33,024 bases of DNA from a virus (lineage: Duplodnaviria; Caudoviricetes): IMG/VR virus record IMGVR_UViG_3300025503_000166, positions 1 to 33,024 of that record. One strand, 5' to 3'. Below, piece by piece: positions 7,793 to 16,500 of the stretch. Made by a program: the position numbers and the translations under genes. Every line of letters begins with the position of its first letter. The first letter of the stretch is position 1. The notes beneath the pieces were generated by a model. That model ran no database searches. It was not told where the DNA came from and saw nothing but the letters and a program-made list of their open reading frames with translations.

Positions 7793-8215
7793 ATGGCCGA
7801 GCTGCAAAGCCTGCTGGGACGCCTGGAGGACGCGCGCATTCGACTGCAACGGATGCGCGATCAGCGCGAGAAACTGGCGGCAGCGATCGCCGAGGGTGAG
7901 CGCCAGGTCAAGGCGATTCTCGCCGATGTCCAGCTCGAAGCGCTGGGCAGTAAGCCGGCGGCTGGCCGCGTTCGGCACCGCACCGGGGAGATGCGCGAGG
8001 GCGTGATCCATCTGTTGATGGCCGAGGATGCGATGCGCGTGCCGGAGATCGCGGCGCGGATGAGCGCCACGACGGCGAGTGTCTACGCGTGCCTGGCGGC
8101 GCTCAAGAAAGAGGGCATCGTCGTCGCCCTGGAGGACCATCACTTTGGCCTGACCTTCGAGGAGCGCGATCGGCGCCGAATCGCCGGCGCGGGAGAATCG
8201 CATGCCGCTGTATGA
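7793..8215 (+). CDS. Coiled-coil plus winged-HTH protein
   Basis: GAGGAG RBS; MRVPEIAARMSATTASVYACLAALKKEGIV. Confidence 0.7.
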   Translation: MAELQSLLGRLEDARIRLQRMRDQREKLAAAIAEGERQVKAILADVQLEALGSKPAAGRVRHRTGEMREGVIHLLMAEDAMRVPEIAARMSATTASVYACLAALKKEGIVVALEDHHFGLTFEERDRRRIAGAGESHAAV

Positions 8216-9986
8216 CGCATATGGGCGTCCCGTCGATACCCAGGCGCTGCGCGGCGAGCAGGCCGCGCCGACCGTCGCGGGCATCCGCAATATTTATTCT
8301 GTCGTGCACCCGAGTCAGAACCTCTCGCCAGAGCGGTTGGTCGCGGTGTTGCGTACGGCGGAGATGGGCGATCCGTGGCTGTACCTCGAGCTGGCCGAGG
8401 ACATGGAAGAGAAGGACCTCCATTACCTGAGCGTGCTCTCTACGCGCAAGCACGCGGTGGCCCAGCTCGAGTTGAGCGTGCAGGCGGCCTCCGAGGATCC
8501 CGCCGATATCGCGGACGCGGATTTCGTGCGCGAGGCGCTGTTGGAGGGTCCGCTGGACCTGCGCACTGCTCTTTTCGACATCCTCGATGCGATCGGCAAG
8601 GGCTTCAGCGTAACTGAAATCAGCTGGGACACGGGAGGCCGCGAATGGATCCCCGTGCAACTTACCTGGCGCGATCCGCGCTGGTTCATGTTCGACTGGG
8701 TATCGGGTGAGCAATTGCTCGTACGCACGCTCTCGAGCGACGGCACGCCACTTCCCGCGGCGACGGCCAACAGCACTTCGAGCGGCGGATCGCACCTGGC
8801 GTCGATCGCGCCGAACCTCTCGATGACGCGCACTGGGGCGGAGATCGGCATACAACCGGCGACCGCCCCGCTGCGACCATTCAAGTTCATCACGCATCTG
8901 GGACGCGCGAAATCGGGGCTCCCGATTCGCGGGGGCATCGCAAGATTGGCGGCCTGGGCGTACCTGTTCAAGACCTATGTGCTCAAGGACTGGGTCGCGT
9001 TCGGCGAGACTTACGGGCAGCCCCTGCGCGTGGGCAAGTACGGGCCGGGGGCCAGCGAGCAGGACAAGCAGGCGCTGCTCCAGGCGGTGGCCAGTATCGG
9101 CGCCGACGCGACCGCGATAATTCCGCAGAGCATGGTGATCGAGTTCATCGAAGCGAAGGTCACCGGCTCGATCGATCTATATGAGAAACTGTGCGATTGG
9201 CTGGACCGGCAGACCAGCAAGGGCGTGCTCGGGCAGACGCTGACCACCGAATTGCCCAAGGGGGGCGGCTCGCGGGCGGCGGCCGAGGTGCATGACGCCG
9301 TGCGGCGCGATATCGCGGCCGACGACGCCCAGCGGCTGTGCGGGTCGCTCAATCGCGACCTGGTAAAGCCGCTGATCGATCTGAATCGCGGGCCGCGCGC
9401 CCGTTACCCCAAAATCATGCTGGGATTCCCCAGCGATGAAGATCTGGAGACCCTGAGCGCCGCGATTACACCATTTATCGACAGGGGTCTGCCGGTCGAG
9501 CAACGCGAAGTGCTCAAGAAATTTGGCTTGTCGCTGCCAGCGGCGGGCGCGCCGATTCTGCATCCGGCGGAGAAAATCCAGGGTCAGGATGCGGGCAGCG
9601 CGCCACAACCAGCATCTGAGGTCGGCGATATCGGCGCGGCTCCATTCACCGAGGTGACCGCGGCGCGCAAGGGCAAGGGCAACGGCAAGAGCGATACGCC
9701 GGCGCTGGACGCGATCGATCGGTTCTGCGCGCGGTTGCGGGACGAGTCCGATCCAGCGATGGCGCCGATTATCCGGCCGCTGCTGGCCGAGATGCGCCAG
9801 GCGCGCGGTTATGAGGATCTCAAGCGCCGGATGGTGCGGGCGGTGGCGGCGATGGATCCGGGCAAGTTTGAGGAGCTGATGGCGCGGGCGGGATTCGCGC
9901 TGAACGTCGCCGGGAATCTGGGCCTCAGCGTCGCGCAGGACGCGCCGCGCCGGCGCCGGGCAACTAGGATAGCGGGCCGGGAATAA
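8202..9986 (+). CDS. Portal protein (DUF935, Mu gp29-like)
   Basis: LYDAYGRP, DMEEKDLHY, DAIGKGFSV, YGQPLRVGKY, SKGVLGQTLTT. Confidence 0.95.
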   Translation: MPLYDAYGRPVDTQALRGEQAAPTVAGIRNIYSVVHPSQNLSPERLVAVLRTAEMGDPWLYLELAEDMEEKDLHYLSVLSTRKHAVAQLELSVQAASEDPADIADADFVREALLEGPLDLRTALFDILDAIGKGFSVTEISWDTGGREWIPVQLTWRDPRWFMFDWVSGEQLLVRTLSSDGTPLPAATANSTSSGGSHLASIAPNLSMTRTGAEIGIQPATAPLRPFKFITHLGRAKSGLPIRGGIARLAAWAYLFKTYVLKDWVAFGETYGQPLRVGKYGPGASEQDKQALLQAVASIGADATAIIPQSMVIEFIEAKVTGSIDLYEKLCDWLDRQTSKGVLGQTLTTELPKGGGSRAAAEVHDAVRRDIAADDAQRLCGSLNRDLVKPLIDLNRGPRARYPKIMLGFPSDEDLETLSAAITPFIDRGLPVEQREVLKKFGLSLPAAGAPILHPAEKIQGQDAGSAPQPASEVGDIGAAPFTEVTAARKGKGNGKSDTPALDAIDRFCARLRDESDPAMAPIIRPLLAEMRQARGYEDLKRRMVRAVAAMDPGKFEELMARAGFALNVAGNLGLSVAQDAPRRRRATRIAGRE

Positions 9987-10049
9987 AAACGGCCGTACGG
10001 GCCATGAACGAAGCGCTAGCGCTTTGTTTGGATGACGGGAGGATGGGTG

Positions 10050-10292
10050 ATGAGGAAATGCAGCGGGTGCGATGCTCAGTTCGAGCCGAAACGCAAAGAT
10101 CAGAAGTATCACAGCACGCCGTGCCGCCGGGACCATCAGAACCAGGTCGCCAGGCGCGCACTGGCGCGCACCACGAAGGCGCGCGCGCGGCGCCTATCCT
10201 TCGAGCCGGTGGTCAAGCGATGCGCGGTACGCGGATGTCGGGCGATCTTTCTGCCGGCGATCGACGCGACCGGGGCCGACGCAGCGCTCTGA
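10050..10292 (+). CDS. Small Cys-rich zinc-finger-like protein (frame stays open to 10484)
   Basis: CSGC...FEPKRKDQKYHSTPCR and CAVRGC; GGGAGG RBS. Confidence 0.55.
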   Translation: MRKCSGCDAQFEPKRKDQKYHSTPCRRDHQNQVARRALARTTKARARRLSFEPVVKRCAVRGCRAIFLPAIDATGADAAL

Positions 10293-10480
10293 TTCAGCCA
10301 TCGGCGGTCCGAAGATGCGCGTGCGCTTTTCGCCCTATCTAATGATGGGACGAGAAATGCGTCGGCCGTCGCGCAATTGAATCCGCGCCAGGAGATAGAG
10401 CTGGGGCGAATCCGGGACGTGCTGCGCGGGGCCTGCGAAATATGGCACGGCGCGCCCTGCGAACATCAGGGGTGCGCCTC

Positions 10481-10987
10481 GTGAGGACGCGGGTCGAGCC
10501 ACTGACCGAGGAGTGGCTGAGATCAGTCGGATTCAAGTGGCATCAACTGGAGCGGCAGCCCGAAAAGCATTGGCTGTTGTGGCTCGGCGACTGCCTCGGA
10601 GGGGGTCTGACGAGCTATGAGGACCTGGGCGTCGAGGTCGCGTACGGCTCCTATGATCGCGCGACCAGGACTCGCGATCATTGGTTCTGTTGGCTGCGGG
10701 GCGACTCAGCCGGCCTGTACCACCGGTTCATCCATGTCCGCGCCCTGTACTATCGCGAGGAGCTGATCGACCTGGTCGAGGGGCTCACCGGCCACGTGTG
10801 GGACCCGACCAATCATCTATATGGCAGTATCCGGACCGCGCGCGCCGCGGAGCATATCCGGCGCGAGGACGAGCGCCTGGATCGGCAAATGATGCGCGAG
10901 CGCCCCTGGGCGCAGATCGAAAGAGACGAGTCGCGCGGACGCGCGCTGCCCGAGCATAAGGAAGCCGTCGAAGGAAAAAGCAAATGA
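10481..10987 (+). CDS. Trp-rich hypothetical protein
   Basis: Track ORF 10442..10987; GTG 10481 is a GTGA-coupled start; phage-like codon usage. Confidence 0.7.
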   Translation: MRTRVEPLTEEWLRSVGFKWHQLERQPEKHWLLWLGDCLGGGLTSYEDLGVEVAYGSYDRATRTRDHWFCWLRGDSAGLYHRFIHVRALYYREELIDLVEGLTGHVWDPTNHLYGSIRTARAAEHIRREDERLDRQMMRERPWAQIERDESRGRALPEHKEAVEGKSK

Positions 10988-11400
10988 GCGAGCCGAAGCT
11001 GATCGATGTCGGAGGCGGCCTGCATATAGTAGATGACGCCGAGGCCCGAAACGGTCCCGAAACGGAACCGTTTGGACCGCGCCGGGATCCTGCGAGCGAG
11101 GAGCTGCGCGAGATCGGCGCCGAGCTGCGCAAGCCGGTAACGGCGCAGCGGCGGGACTATCCCAACCTGATGCTGGCGATCGGCTTGGAGGCGCTGTACC
11201 GGCAGACGCAGGAACATATCGCGCGGCAGGGTCATATTCTCTCGCGCAAGGAGTTCATGGCGCTGGGCTTCTCGCTCCTGGTGCCCGCCCCCACCCTCCT
11301 GCAGCTCATGCAGCGGGGGCTGCCGTTCATGCTGGTGCAGCAGCCGCAACCGCCGGGTCAGGTCCCGCGCAATCCGCTGAGTATCATCAAGCGTGGCTGA
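10984..11400 (+). CDS. Hypothetical protein
   Basis: ATGA coupling upstream; overlaps the MuF start. Confidence 0.7.
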   Translation: MSEPKLIDVGGGLHIVDDAEARNGPETEPFGPRRDPASEELREIGAELRKPVTAQRRDYPNLMLAIGLEALYRQTQEHIARQGHILSRKEFMALGFSLLVPAPTLLQLMQRGLPFMLVQQPQPPGQVPRNPLSIIKRG

Positions 11401-12739
11401 TTATCGCGGCAATAACGCGGCGGACTTCGACTTCGCGGCGTTGCCGCCGGAAGAGGCGGTCGAGTTTTTCCGCAAGAAGGGCTACCAGGTCGGTTTCGAT
11501 TGGCGCGACGTCTGGCAGCAGGAGCATCAGCGGGCCTTCACGGTCGCCAAGGCGATGACGGTCGATCTCCTGCAGGATATCCGCGCGGTGGTCGACAAGG
11601 CGATCGCCGAGGGGATCGACTTCCAGGATTTCCGCGAGAATCTGGAGCCGATCCTGCGTGCCCGCGGATGGTGGGGGCGCCAGGAGATGGTCGATCCGCT
11701 GACCGGAAAGAAGCGGGACGTGCAGCTCGGATCCGCGCGCCGATTGCAGATCATCTATGACACGAACCTGCGCACGAGCCTCGCGGCCGGCCATTGGCAG
11801 CAGATCCAGCGTACCAAGAAAGACCTACCGTACCTGCGCTACGTCGACCCGGATCCGAATCCGCGGCCGCAACATCTGGATTGGAGCGGCACGATCCTGC
11901 CGGTCGATGATCCCTGGTGGTCGGCGCACTATCCGCCCAACGGCTACAACTGCAAGTGCTACGCCGACGCGCTCTCCGACGATGACCTGGAGCGCTACGG
12001 CTTTGAGCGCAGCCCGGCCGCGCCGCCTTCGCCGACGCACACGTACACCAATCCGCGCACGGGGCAGAGCTACGAGGTGCCTGATGGGGTAGCGCCGGAG
12101 TTCGCATACAATGTGGGCGAGACGGGAATCGTCGAGCCGGCGGAGCAGATGCTGGAAGCGAAGCTCGCCGCCGCAGACCCGGATATCGCGCATGCGGTGC
12201 GAGAGATGGTCGCGCCGAGCGCGGCGCTGCCCGATGATGCGATCGCGCGCAAGCTGGCGCGGCGTCCCGAAGCTCACCGGATCATGCAACGCGTACCGGC
12301 GCGCGAATGGCGCGCGGCGTGGGATTACTGCACCGACTCCGACCCTATCAACGACCCGTGGCGGCGGCATGGAGAGCTAACACCGCAGGCGAAGGACCTG
12401 CTCGCGCTGATGGGCAAGTTGCCGCGATTCAGCGGAGTTACCTGGCGCGGGGAAGAGCGCGCCTTGACGCCGGGCTTGATCGCAGATCTCACACCGGGAA
12501 GCGCTGTGACGCCGCAGGCCTTCTGGAGCACCAGCCGGAGCCGCTATCGGGGTCGCCGGTTTGCCGGGGCCGAGGGCATCCTCTACGAACTGCACGGGAT
12601 CCGCGGGCGCCAGATAGAAGCACTGTCGCCGTTCCCGCGGCAGAAGGAGGTCCTCTTTGACCCGTGGGCTCGCTTCGAGGTAATATCAGCTAATCGCGAG
12701 GGGAAAATCCTCCATGTCGTTATCAAAGAAAAGCCCTGA
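11393..12739 (+). CDS. MuF (gp30) minor head protein fused to a C-terminal ADP-ribosyltransferase domain
   Basis: MuF motifs RAFTVAK, RRLQIYDTN-like RLQIIYDTN, PPNGYNCKC; ART motifs TWRG, WSTS, SPFPRQKEVLF. Confidence 0.92.
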   Translation: MADYRGNNAADFDFAALPPEEAVEFFRKKGYQVGFDWRDVWQQEHQRAFTVAKAMTVDLLQDIRAVVDKAIAEGIDFQDFRENLEPILRARGWWGRQEMVDPLTGKKRDVQLGSARRLQIIYDTNLRTSLAAGHWQQIQRTKKDLPYLRYVDPDPNPRPQHLDWSGTILPVDDPWWSAHYPPNGYNCKCYADALSDDDLERYGFERSPAAPPSPTHTYTNPRTGQSYEVPDGVAPEFAYNVGETGIVEPAEQMLEAKLAAADPDIAHAVREMVAPSAALPDDAIARKLARRPEAHRIMQRVPAREWRAAWDYCTDSDPINDPWRRHGELTPQAKDLLALMGKLPRFSGVTWRGEERALTPGLIADLTPGSAVTPQAFWSTSRSRYRGRRFAGAEGILYELHGIRGRQIEALSPFPRQKEVLFDPWARFEVISANREGKILHVVIKEKP

Positions 12740-12902
12740 TGCGCGCGCCCGCGAAGCGTCTCCCAACGAACCGCCCATCTGGCCTCGCGGTAGCGTCGGT
12801 CTCGTGCCAGTCGGTAAAGCGCCGAAAGTAACCCCGGAGGTTGCCGAGGAGCTGCTCGCGCTAGGTATCCGCGTGCCGCCAGATCGCATCGCGCCGCGCT
12901 AG
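12714..12902 (+). CDS. 62-aa hypothetical protein, candidate immunity protein
   Basis: Overlaps the MuF-ART 3' end, preceded by GAGGG, and ends just before the late promoter. Confidence 0.5.
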   Translation: MSLSKKSPDARAREASPNEPPIWPRGSVGLVPVGKAPKVTPEVAEELLALGIRVPPDRIAPR

Positions 12903-12906
12903 TCCA

Positions 12907-12957
12907 ATCAGCGGACAAATGTCCGCCCTACCGGAAAGGTCTGATGTCGCGCACAAT
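12907..12957 (+). promoter_or_regulatory. Activator-dependent late promoter of the head operon (PI-like)
   Basis: Second exact copy of the 29-bp element; CACAAT (12952-12957) at the same 16-bp offset as TAACCT in copy 1. Confidence 0.78.
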
Positions 12958-12965
12958 GCGCGGCG

Positions 12966-14606
12966 ATGGCCACCGTTCCGACTCGCACGCAGGATAGACT
13001 GCCTGATTCGGCGTTCGCTTATATAGCGCCCGGCGGCCGCAAGGACTCGACTGGGCGCACGGTCCCCCGCTCCAAACGCCATCTGCTGATCGACGACGCC
13101 GCTCATGTGCGCGACGCGGCCGCTCGCTTCAATCAGACCCAGTTTCATTCGCTGGCCGCCAAGCGCGCCGCGTGGCTCAAGATCGAGCGGGCGGCCGGCA
13201 AGTTCGGGATCAAGCTGACCAAGCGCTTGGGCGCGAACGGTCAATTAATCGATCGCAAGGTCGAACGCGCTGCTTCGGACAACGTAATTACTTCCGCGTA
13301 CAGCGTCGTGATCGAGGGCAATCCGCCGGAGTGGGTCGAGCTGCTGCCCTGCAACGGGAAGCCGTTCAAGGCCAGCGACGGAAGGGGACCGTTCACCCTC
13401 TCGGACCCGATGGCGGTCATCAAAGCCAGTCTGAGTGCCGCGGCGGGTGAATGCCTGCCGATCGATTACGACCATGCGACCGATTTCGCGGCTCCCGAGG
13501 GGCGGCCGGCGCCGGCCGCAGGGTGGATCCGCGAGTTGGCCGTGCGCGACGGCGCCATCTGGGGGCGCGTCGAATGGACGGAGCGCGGTGCGCAGTCCGT
13601 ATCCGCGAAAGAGTATCGATTCATATCGCCGGTGTTCGACGTGGCGCAGGATGTTGCGTCGGATGACGTGCGGGGTGAGATCACCCTGATTCGTCGCGCC
13701 GCCCTGACGAACAATCCGGCGTTGGAGCTTACCGCAGTCGCCAGCAAGAGGAGTTTCGCGATGGCCAAGAAGAGCAAGATTGACGCCCTGGTCGAGCAGA
13801 TCCAGGAAGCGGCCGATGAAACCGGGCTGCCGGTCGATACGCTGCTGGAAGGTATAAGCCACAAGCTGGGCGGCGATCTGACGGATCCCGATGGCGGCGG
13901 CGAGAATGACGAGCCGGCCGACGATCCGGCCGATGAGGGTGCCGCGGGCGGCGGCGATCCCGCCGGCGCGGCACCCGACGATGACGATGAAGAAGCGATG
14001 GCGCGGGAGCGCCATCGGGAGGCCGCGGCGACCCGCGAGCGCGACGGAATCGTCGAGGCGCCGGCCGAGCGGATGGAGCGGGAGACGGCCGAGCAGGAAG
14101 AGTTGGCCGCGGCGCGCAAGTCGAAGAAAGCCCGGGAGGACGAGCGGCGCGCCGGGCGCCTATCGAATGCCGAGCGCGACGCGCGCCGGGCTGGGGACCG
14201 GAACCCGCGCGAGGACGCTCTGCGCGATATCCATCGGACCTCCGCGCGGGCGATCGCGAGCCATCCCACGGTGCTCAAGATGGCGCGTGAGCTGCGCGAT
14301 CTGCAGCTCGAGCGCGCCCGAGAAAAAGCGACTACCGCGGTCACCGCAGCCATTCGCGAGCGGCGCCTGCCCCCGAGCCAGCGCGACTGGGCGATCGCGT
14401 ACGCAATGGAATCGCCGGCCGGGTTCCAGAAATTCATCAAGTCGATGCCGGTGATGATCGACGATGCGCCGGCCGCGGCGGGCTCTCCGCAGCAGGGTGT
14501 AACGCTGTCGCGTAGCGAGTTGGCCGTCTGCTCGGCCCTGAAGCTCGACCCCAAGCAGTTCGCCCAGCGGCGCAGCGTCGCGATGGCGCGCGAGCTCGGC
14601 GCGTAA
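12966..14606 (+). CDS. Mu I-type head maturation protease/scaffold with N-terminal DUF6582-like domain
   Basis: PEWVELLP, DGRGPF, IDYDHA, APAAGWI, VEWT, EYRFISPVF, ALTNNPAL; N-terminal LPDSAFAY...DAAHVRDAAARFNQ. Confidence 0.92.
   Translation: MATVPTRTQDRLPDSAFAYIAPGGRKDSTGRTVPRSKRHLLIDDAAHVRDAAARFNQTQFHSLAAKRAAWLKIERAAGKFGIKLTKRLGANGQLIDRKVERAASDNVITSAYSVVIEGNPPEWVELLPCNGKPFKASDGRGPFTLSDPMAVIKASLSAAAGECLPIDYDHATDFAAPEGRPAPAAGWIRELAVRDGAIWGRVEWTERGAQSVSAKEYRFISPVFDVAQDVASDDVRGEITLIRRAALTNNPALELTAVASKRSFAMAKKSKIDALVEQIQEAADETGLPVDTLLEGISHKLGGDLTDPDGGGENDEPADDPADEGAAGGGDPAGAAPDDDDEEAMARERHREAAATRERDGIVEAPAERMERETAEQEELAAARKSKKAREDERRAGRLSNAERDARRAGDRNPREDALRDIHRTSARAIASHPTVLKMARELRDLQLERAREKATTAVTAAIRERRLPPSQRDWAIAYAMESPAGFQKFIKSMPVMIDDAPAAAGSPQQGVTLSRSELAVCSALKLDPKQFAQRRSVAMARELGA
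13761..14606 (+). CDS. Nested in-frame scaffold protein (Mu Z-like)
   Basis: AAGAGGAG 7 nt before in-frame ATG 13761, right after the protease domain. Confidence 0.7.
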   Translation: MAKKSKIDALVEQIQEAADETGLPVDTLLEGISHKLGGDLTDPDGGGENDEPADDPADEGAAGGGDPAGAAPDDDDEEAMARERHREAAATRERDGIVEAPAERMERETAEQEELAAARKSKKAREDERRAGRLSNAERDARRAGDRNPREDALRDIHRTSARAIASHPTVLKMARELRDLQLERAREKATTAVTAAIRERRLPPSQRDWAIAYAMESPAGFQKFIKSMPVMIDDAPAAAGSPQQGVTLSRSELAVCSALKLDPKQFAQRRSVAMARELGA

Positions 14607-14645
14607 GCGGCAATTTAAATCGGTCCATAACCGAGAGGGATTTCG

Positions 14646-15359
14646 ATGGCTCTTCTGACTTCGCAACGAAACACCGAAATGCTGGGCGACCGGCGCATGT
14701 TCAACTATCCGGTCGAGGCGAACACGAATGTCTACCTCGGCGCGATGGTTGCCCTGGACGCAAACGGCAACGCGGTGCCGGCGCAGCCCTTTGGCGCCGC
14801 GCCGCTCAGCGCATTGACCGTGGTGGGGCGCGCGGACCGGCTCGTGGGCGGTGTCCCCGGCCAGGACGCGCTGAACAATCCCGGCGTGGCTGGCGCGATC
14901 AGCGTGACGGTGCGCCGAGGCGTTTTCAAATACGACAACGACGGCTCGATCGCGCAGGCCCAGGTGGGGGCGAAGTGCTTCGCGCTCGATGACCATACCG
15001 TGGGCGCCAGCGACGGATCGGGCGCCACCGTGGTGCCGAACACCACCGAGATTACCTTTCCCGCGGCCGCGCCCCTGCTGGTGGTGCTGGGCGGCGAGAA
15101 TATCGTCAAGGGATCGGTGATCGCGACGAGCCTGTCCGGCGGCGCCGGCACCGTGTATGTCGAGGGCACTGATTACCTGATCGACTATCAGGCAGGACTG
15201 ATCACGGCGCGCGCCGGGGGCGGAATCGCCGCCAGCGCCAACGTGTACATCACCTACAAGTACGGCGCACCGACTCGGCCCGTGGTCGGCCGCGTGGTGC
15301 AGCTCGACACTGACGGGGTCTGGGTGGACTTCGAGGACCAAGGCGCACAGGCCGTTTGA
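14646..15359 (+). CDS. Head decoration/cement protein with inserted beta module
   Basis: Between protease and capsid; YLGAMVALDA, VTVRRGVF, CFALDDHTV, then an insert, then GRVVQLDTDGVWVDF. Confidence 0.8.
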   Translation: MALLTSQRNTEMLGDRRMFNYPVEANTNVYLGAMVALDANGNAVPAQPFGAAPLSALTVVGRADRLVGGVPGQDALNNPGVAGAISVTVRRGVFKYDNDGSIAQAQVGAKCFALDDHTVGASDGSGATVVPNTTEITFPAAAPLLVVLGGENIVKGSVIATSLSGGAGTVYVEGTDYLIDYQAGLITARAGGGIAASANVYITYKYGAPTRPVVGRVVQLDTDGVWVDFEDQGAQAV

Positions 15360-15395
15360 TCGCCTTGAGCGGTCCAATCTAACAGAGGACTAGAC

Positions 15396-16367
15396 ATGGA
15401 ACTATCGGCTGCGAATCTGAACACGCTCTTTACCGGGTTTGACATGGTGTTCCAGCGCTCGTTCGAGGCGGCGCCGAGCTACTATGAGCAGATCTCGACG
15501 GTCGCAAAAAGCTCGACCAAGATCGGCTCGTATCCCTTCATGGGGCGCACCACCGCGTTTCGCCGATGGCTGGGCGAGCGCGTGATTCAGAACCTGGAAG
15601 CCCACAACTACACGCTGATCAATGAGCACTTCGAGGACACTATCGGAATCGATGTCGACGACATCGAGGACGATCAGTATGGGGTGTACGAGCCGTCGAT
15701 CGCTCAGCTCGGCATGGATGCCAAGGTCCATCCGGATACCCTGATCTTCGGACTGCTCAAGAACGCGGTCGCGACTATCGACAATCCCTCGGCTGCCGGC
15801 GCCGTAGTGGGCTACGACGGCAAGACGTTCTTCAGCGCGGCCCATCCGGTGGGCAAAGCCGGAGCTACCACCGGCATCGCCAACGTGAATACGAGCGGCA
15901 CCGGCGCGTACTGGTTCCTGGTGGACGGCGGCCGGCCGCTGCGGCCACTCATCTGGCAGTTGCGCAAGCCGTACACCCTGGTGCGGATGAACGCCCTGAC
16001 CGACGAGGAAGTCTTCAAGGAGCGGATGTTCCGGATCGGGGTCGACGGTCGAGGCGCCGCGGGGGTGGGTCTGTGGCAGCTCGCATACGCGAGCAACACG
16101 GATCTGAGCAATCCCAGCAACTTCGGAGCCGCGATCGCCGCGATCCGCAGTATCACGACCGACGCGGGGCTACCCTTTGGCGGATGGTCCTCGCCGGCAA
16201 ACAAGAAATTCCTGTGCGTGCCGCCCTCCCTGGAGGAAGTGGCGCGCCAACTGCTCCATTCGGACTTCGGTGCGATTTCGGGCGCCGCCGGTGCGGTGGC
16301 CGGAGTGCCCGGCACCAACATCTGGAAGTCCGAATGCACGCTGCTCATCAGCGAGTATCTGGCCTGA
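15396..16367 (+). CDS. Major capsid protein (Mu gpT-like)
   Basis: WLGERVI, NEHFEDTI, IEDDQYGVY, YDGKTFF, PLIWQLRK, GLWQLAY. Confidence 0.95.
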   Translation: MELSAANLNTLFTGFDMVFQRSFEAAPSYYEQISTVAKSSTKIGSYPFMGRTTAFRRWLGERVIQNLEAHNYTLINEHFEDTIGIDVDDIEDDQYGVYEPSIAQLGMDAKVHPDTLIFGLLKNAVATIDNPSAAGAVVGYDGKTFFSAAHPVGKAGATTGIANVNTSGTGAYWFLVDGGRPLRPLIWQLRKPYTLVRMNALTDEEVFKERMFRIGVDGRGAAGVGLWQLAYASNTDLSNPSNFGAAIAAIRSITTDAGLPFGGWSSPANKKFLCVPPSLEEVARQLLHSDFGAISGAAGAVAGVPGTNIWKSECTLLISEYLA

Positions 16368-16369
16368 TT

Positions 16370-16500
16370 CGAAATGAAGTAATCGCGCCGCGGGCCATCC
16401 CCCGCGGCGCGTGGCTCAAAGGCACAGCGAACCGAGACGCGAGCGAGAAGTAGAGCAATGGGTTGGGTAGCGGGGGTGCCCGCGCAATAAGCGCGGTGAA
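16370..16500 (+). ncRNA. Structured intergenic element after gpT (position of the Mu-gpT-DE RNA motif)
   Basis: 11-bp stem CGCGCCGCGGG/CCCGCGGCGCG (16384-16411) without a U-tract; further stem CGCGC-AATAA-GCGCG near 16480-16494. Confidence 0.4.

Noticed and set aside
5672-8290. 872-aa minus-strand ORF and other long antisense ORFs (e.g. 18787..20280, 14160..15377)
   Set aside because: Shadows of GC-rich plus-strand genes; no recognisable motifs.
8730-8880. Intein in the portal insertion
   Set aside because: Short Ser/Ala/Thr-rich loop with no splicing motifs.
2626-12935. 29-bp direct repeat as att sites, transposon ends or CRISPR repeats
   Set aside because: Only two copies seen; they bracket essential genes and each is followed by a -10 at a fixed distance, which fits promoters.
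16384-16411. Rho-independent terminator
   Set aside because: Strong stem but no U-tract; kept only as part of a possible structured RNA.
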